DNA of 35,641 nucleotides from Planctomycetota bacterium (GTDB lineage Bacteria; Planctomycetota; Planctomycetia; Pirellulales; Pirellulaceae): NCBI GenBank assembly GCA_036124135.1, contig JAZADA010000342.1, positions 1 to 35,641 of the forward strand, read 5' to 3'. Shown piece by piece: positions 32,032 to 35,641 of this stretch (position 1 is its first letter; each line of letters starts with the position of its first letter). The notes under the pieces were generated by a model. It saw only the letters and a program-made list of their open reading frames with translations, ran no database searches and was not told where the DNA came from. The position numbers and the translations under genes were made by a program.

Positions 32032-34824
32032 ATGCGTTTCAGTCAAATTATCCAGGCCGTGATTGCCTGTAGCCTGCTGGTCGTTCCTGGTAGCCAGGGA
32101 ATGGCGGCGGTTCCTGACTACAACACGCAGGTGGCACCGATCCTGAAAAAATACTGCAGTGGATGTCATAATGACGATGATGCGGAAGGTAAGTTGTCAC
32201 TGGAGTCATTCGCAGCCTTGCAGCGTGGTGGCAAGAATGGAGCATCCTTGTTGCCTGGAGACAGCAAGTCGAGTCGACTCATGCGACTCGTGACCGGCCA
32301 GGCCAGGCCCACGATGCCTCCCCCGGATAATGCCGCACCCAGTGAGGCTGAAATCGAGATCCTCAAGGCCTGGATTGATGGTGGAGCCAAGGGACCCGAA
32401 GGTGCCAGTCCGGACCTGGGACAGTTACTGGTGCCTCGCTTGAAACCTGCGGAGCAGGGTAAGCCGATCACGGCAATCGCCTGGTCACCACGGGGAACCG
32501 TGATGGCGATTGCTCGATACGGGATCATCGAATTGCAAGAGGTGGCGACGGGCAAGGCGATCCGGACCATCAAAGGATTACCGGGAAAAATCAATGCTTT
32601 GGAGTTTTCTGCGGATGGCAATCAACTCCTTTCCGCTTCCGGCACGGCAGGCCTGTACGGTGTGGCCACGCTCTGGACGGTGGCAGACGGCAAGCAGGTC
32701 CGAGAATTCAAGGGGCATCGCGATACGATGTATGCGGCGACGCTCAGCCGTGATGGAAAAACGCTGGCGACATCCAGTTATGACCAGCGGATCATTCTCT
32801 GGAATGTGGCCGATGGCAAGCAACTGCGTACCCTGTCGGGACATAACGGCGCCGTGTTCGACGTGGCCTTCCATCCTGATGGCAAGGTGTTGGCTTCGGC
32901 TAGTGGTGATGAAACCGTCAAGTTGTGGCATGTCGAAAGTGGGCAACGCCTGGATACCCGTAGCGAGCCCCTGGACGAACAGTACGTGGTCACCTTCAGC
33001 CCGGATGGACGATTCGTGGTTGCCGGCGGAGCAGATAACCGTATTCGTGTCTGGAAATTCGTTTCCCGCACCAGCCCCCGGATCAACCCACTGGTCTATG
33101 CTCGCTATGCCCACGAGGGACCCATTGTTGACCTGGACTTTTCCAGTGATGGAAAGTCACTGTTATCCGTGGCCGAGGATCGCACGTTGAAGCTCCTGGA
33201 GACCGAGCAATTCACCCAGGTCTTTGCCTATGAACGGCAACCGGACGTGGTGCCAGCTCTCGCCGTGGCTCCTGACAGCAAGTCATTCGCGGTGGCACGC
33301 ATGGATGGATCGCTGCAGCGTTATGCCGTCAAGTCAGTCTCGGTAACGGCTCCCCAGGTGCCGAACATTGTAGCAACGGTCACAAGCAAGGAAGATGCGT
33401 TGCAGTCGTTCGAGGAAACAGAACCGAACGATACGCCGGATCGAGCCCTGGAGATCAAGGTTCCTGCCACCGTCAAGGGAACGATCGATGTCAAGGGTGA
33501 AGACCGTGGGCAGGATGAAGACCTGTTTCGTTTTACAGCGAAAGCAGGAGAACAATGGATCGTGGAAGTGAATGCCGCGCGGTCCAAGTCGCCCCTGGAC
33601 TCCCGTGTCGAGATTCTGACTGCTGATGGCCAGCGTATCGAACGCCTGGTGTTGCAAGCGGTTCGTGACTCCTATTTCACTTTCCGCGGCAAGGATTCCA
33701 GTACCAGTAACGATTACCGTGTCCACAACTGGCGCGAGATGGAATTGAATGAGTACCTGTATGCGAGTGGGGAAGTGGTCAAGTTGTGGTTGTATCCACG
33801 TGGTCCTGACTCCGGGTTCAAGGTCTATCCGGGCAGCGGGAAACGTTATAACTCCTTTGATACCACGGCAACGTCGCATGCCTTGAACGCACCCTGTTAC
33901 ATCGTGCAGCCTCATCCTCCCGGAACGCGGCTGATTCCCAACGGTTTGCCGGTCTTTCCCCTCTACTATGAAAACGATGACGACAGTCGGCGAGAACTGG
34001 GTACGGATTCACGATTGACCTTTACAGCTCCGGAAGACGGGCAGTACCTGGTGCGCATGATGGATACCCGGGGTTTCCAGGGCGAGAAGTTCAACTACAC
34101 GCTGACAGTGCGTCCGCGGCGCCCCGATTTTACGGCCTCCGTCGGGGGTGCCAATCCCAAGGTCAGTCCAGGTAGTGGTCGAGAGTTTTCGGTGACCGCG
34201 AAACGTCGAGATGGCTTTGATGGTCCTATCCAGGTGCACGTCGGTGAGCTACCACCAGGCTTCCAGGTGACAAACCCCCTGGTGATCCAGGCAGGACAGA
34301 ATACGGCCTTGGGTACCATTACAGCGTTGGCCGATGCAGCCAAGCCCGCGGCGGATCTAAAACCGACGTTGTTGACGGCGACAGCCGAGATTGCAGGAAA
34401 AACAGTGACGCGTGAAATCGGCAACCTCGGCAAGATTGAGCTAGCCGCCAAACCAAAGGTGGTGGTTCACGTGGAACAGGCCGAGGGAGATGCCCCACAG
34501 GACTGGACGGCCGAGAAACCCCTGGAACTGGAAATTCATCCAGGCGAGACCATCATGGCCCGCGTACGTGTGGAACGTAATGACTTCAAGGCCCGGATCA
34601 GTTTTGGTGGCGATGATTCCGGCAGGAATCTGCCCCACGGTGTGTACGTGGACAACATTGGTTTGAATGGCCTGTTAATCGTGGAAGGTAAGAACGAACG
34701 TAATTTCTTTATCACCGCAGCCAAGTGGGTGCCCGCGACCACGCGCGTGTTTCACTTGATGGCCCGCGTGGACGGAAACCAGACCTCGTTACCAGTCATC
34801 CTGCATGTACGTCCACCGAAATAA
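32032..34824 (+). CDS. Secreted PSCyt1 (CxxCH) - WD40 beta-propeller - pre-peptidase-C-terminal (PPC)-like protein
   Basis: I prefer the ATG at 32032, which follows GGAGAAGAGG and yields the signal peptide MRFSQIIQAVIACSLLVVPGSQGMA. PSCyt1: VAPILKKYCSGCHNDDDAEGKLSLESF..GG. There are several WD40 units (GHRDTMYAATLSRDGKTLATSSYDQRIILWNV; GHNGAVFDVAFHPDGKVLASASGDETVKLWHV; DNRIRVWKF; EDRTLKLL). PPC-like: EPNDTPDRALEIKVPATVKGTI..DEDLFRFTAKAGEQWIVEV. Confidence 0.9.
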   Translation: MRFSQIIQAVIACSLLVVPGSQGMAAVPDYNTQVAPILKKYCSGCHNDDDAEGKLSLESFAALQRGGKNGASLLPGDSKSSRLMRLVTGQARPTMPPPDNAAPSEAEIEILKAWIDGGAKGPEGASPDLGQLLVPRLKPAEQGKPITAIAWSPRGTVMAIARYGIIELQEVATGKAIRTIKGLPGKINALEFSADGNQLLSASGTAGLYGVATLWTVADGKQVREFKGHRDTMYAATLSRDGKTLATSSYDQRIILWNVADGKQLRTLSGHNGAVFDVAFHPDGKVLASASGDETVKLWHVESGQRLDTRSEPLDEQYVVTFSPDGRFVVAGGADNRIRVWKFVSRTSPRINPLVYARYAHEGPIVDLDFSSDGKSLLSVAEDRTLKLLETEQFTQVFAYERQPDVVPALAVAPDSKSFAVARMDGSLQRYAVKSVSVTAPQVPNIVATVTSKEDALQSFEETEPNDTPDRALEIKVPATVKGTIDVKGEDRGQDEDLFRFTAKAGEQWIVEVNAARSKSPLDSRVEILTADGQRIERLVLQAVRDSYFTFRGKDSSTSNDYRVHNWREMELNEYLYASGEVVKLWLYPRGPDSGFKVYPGSGKRYNSFDTTATSHALNAPCYIVQPHPPGTRLIPNGLPVFPLYYENDDDSRRELGTDSRLTFTAPEDGQYLVRMMDTRGFQGEKFNYTLTVRPRRPDFTASVGGANPKVSPGSGREFSVTAKRRDGFDGPIQVHVGELPPGFQVTNPLVIQAGQNTALGTITALADAAKPAADLKPTLLTATAEIAGKTVTREIGNLGKIELAAKPKVVVHVEQAEGDAPQDWTAEKPLELEIHPGETIMARVRVERNDFKARISFGGDDSGRNLPHGVYVDNIGLNGLLIVEGKNERNFFITAAKWVPATTRVFHLMARVDGNQTSLPVILHVRPPK

Positions 34825-34829
34825 GTAGA

Positions 34830-34863
34830 CCAGGTCACCTGCCAGCGATGACCTGGAGTTTTG
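34830..34863 (+). terminator. Possible weak intrinsic terminator
   Basis: CCAGGTCA (34830-34837) pairs with TGACCTGG (34849-34856) around an 11-nt loop, followed by AGTTTTG. It lies 5 nt after the TAA at 34822-34824. The T-tract is short. Confidence 0.35.
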
Positions 34864-34888
34864 ATGCCCAGGGGTATGAGTCACTATC

Positions 34889-35641
34889 ATGATGCGACGA
34901 GCAATCTTCAGCATGCTTGGTTTCATGGTTGCAGGGACGCTGCCAGCCTTTGCTGTCCAGCAGCCAAGACTGCGGTTACCGGCCCCTTTCAATGGTGTCT
35001 ATGAGGGAGAATACCATTTCAAGCGTGAGGGGACGGCGCGGGTTCAATCCATGCGAGGTTATGGCCCCCAATGGAGCCGGGATCATCACCTGCTGTGGGA
35101 TGGAAAGGTTGGCGATCAGTGCAGGCTGAAGTTCAGCGTGCGGTCGACGAGTCGCTATCGCATGATTCTGCAACTTACCAGGGCGGGAGATTATGGTCAT
35201 TTTCATGTCTACGTGGATGGAAAAAAGATCTCCGAGATGTGTGACCTGTATGATCCACGGGTGATCCTGTCGCCCGTACTGGACCTGGGTGAGTTTAAAC
35301 TCGAGGCAGGTGTTCACGAGTTGACGTTTCGCCTGGTGGGTGCGCATCCCAAGGCACGTCCATTTCGTAATCCTGGCAGGTTCCTGCTGGGCTTCGATTA
35401 CATGAAACTCAGGAATCTTGATCCCACGGAGGTGGCACCACGACCGGTAGCCGTGGCAAGGCATCTCAAGTTCAGTGATATCCAGCAAACATTTGCCAGC
35501 CATTGTTACCAGTGTCACGGTGCCAGGAAACAGGAAGGCGATTTGAACCTGCAGTCCTTGAAGTCACGCCAGGATTTCCTGGGAGACCTCGAGCGTGCCC
35601 GGAAAATCGTGGAACTGGTCGAGTCTGGTAAAATGCCGCCG
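34889..35641 (+). CDS. 3'-truncated CDS: secreted protein with an N-terminal beta-sandwich-like domain followed by PSCyt1 (CxxCH)
   Basis: This ORF is absent from the ORF track because it runs off the window. The frame is open from the ATG at 34889 to the last base (251 codons). It has a signal peptide (MMRRAIFSMLGFMVAGTLPAFAVQQ). A domain with YGHFHVYVDGKKI...LGEFKLEAGVHELTFRLVG...LLGFDYMKL follows. Then comes PSCyt1: IQQTFASHCYQCHGARKQEGDLNLQS. The antisense track ORF at 34976-35518 is spurious. Confidence 0.85.
   Translation, partial: MMRRAIFSMLGFMVAGTLPAFAVQQPRLRLPAPFNGVYEGEYHFKREGTARVQSMRGYGPQWSRDHHLLWDGKVGDQCRLKFSVRSTSRYRMILQLTRAGDYGHFHVYVDGKKISEMCDLYDPRVILSPVLDLGEFKLEAGVHELTFRLVGAHPKARPFRNPGRFLLGFDYMKLRNLDPTEVAPRPVAVARHLKFSDIQQTFASHCYQCHGARKQEGDLNLQSLKSRQDFLGDLERARKIVELVESGKMPP

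Noticed and set aside
1-35641. I searched the whole window for CRISPR arrays, rRNA or tRNA genes, insertion sequences, integrases, toxin-antitoxin pairs and phage-defence-type genes.
   Set aside because: I saw no regularly spaced direct repeats, no transposase, integrase, nuclease or ATPase defence motifs, and no terminal inverted repeats. Every long ORF is accounted for by the envelope, secreted or metabolic proteins listed above.

Overview
This window looks like chromosomal DNA from a Planctomycetota-type genome. That placement is an inference from gene content: there are several copies of the DUF1501 / DUF1549 (PSCyt2) / DUF1553 (PSD1) / PSCyt1 secreted-protein families, many Tat or Sec signal peptides, and a moderately GC-rich composition by eye. 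I support 21 complete CDSs plus one 3'-truncated CDS that the ORF track missed. I found no rRNA, tRNA, CRISPR array, transposase or integrase. The layout has four parts. (i) 79-6215 carries ridA-like, DUF1549 and DUF1501 genes and ends in a strong intrinsic terminator at 6259-6301. (ii) 6343-22571 is a tightly packed nine-gene same-strand cluster. It encodes an 801-aa TPR protein, a 2551-aa TPR/beta-sandwich/lectin-like giant, one MotA/TolQ/ExbB-family protein and two ExbD/TolR-family proteins. These are followed by a TolA-like single-pass protein, a polytopic DUF4159 protein, a 540-aa TPR protein and a small bitopic protein. (iii) 22701-27768 carries a PhoD-family phosphatase, a lipoprotein with an internal duplication and a VHL-beta-like tail, an enolase-superfamily enzyme, and an AT-richer orphan secreted protein. 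(iv) 28020-35641 carries a second DUF1501 / DUF1549-DUF1553 module, extended by a PSCyt1-WD40-PPC protein and a further PSCyt1 protein. The most interesting candidate is cluster (ii). It contains a proton-motive stator (ExbB plus two ExbD) with none of its known partners: no TonB C-terminal domain, no TonB-dependent receptor, no TolB/Pal and no flagellar genes. Instead it is translationally coupled to giant TPR/glycan-binding proteins that share an undescribed DxDxD...ETxxxSGxF...GDxVxxxYxD repeat module. All domain calls rest on motif recognition by eye and need HMM or structure searches to confirm.
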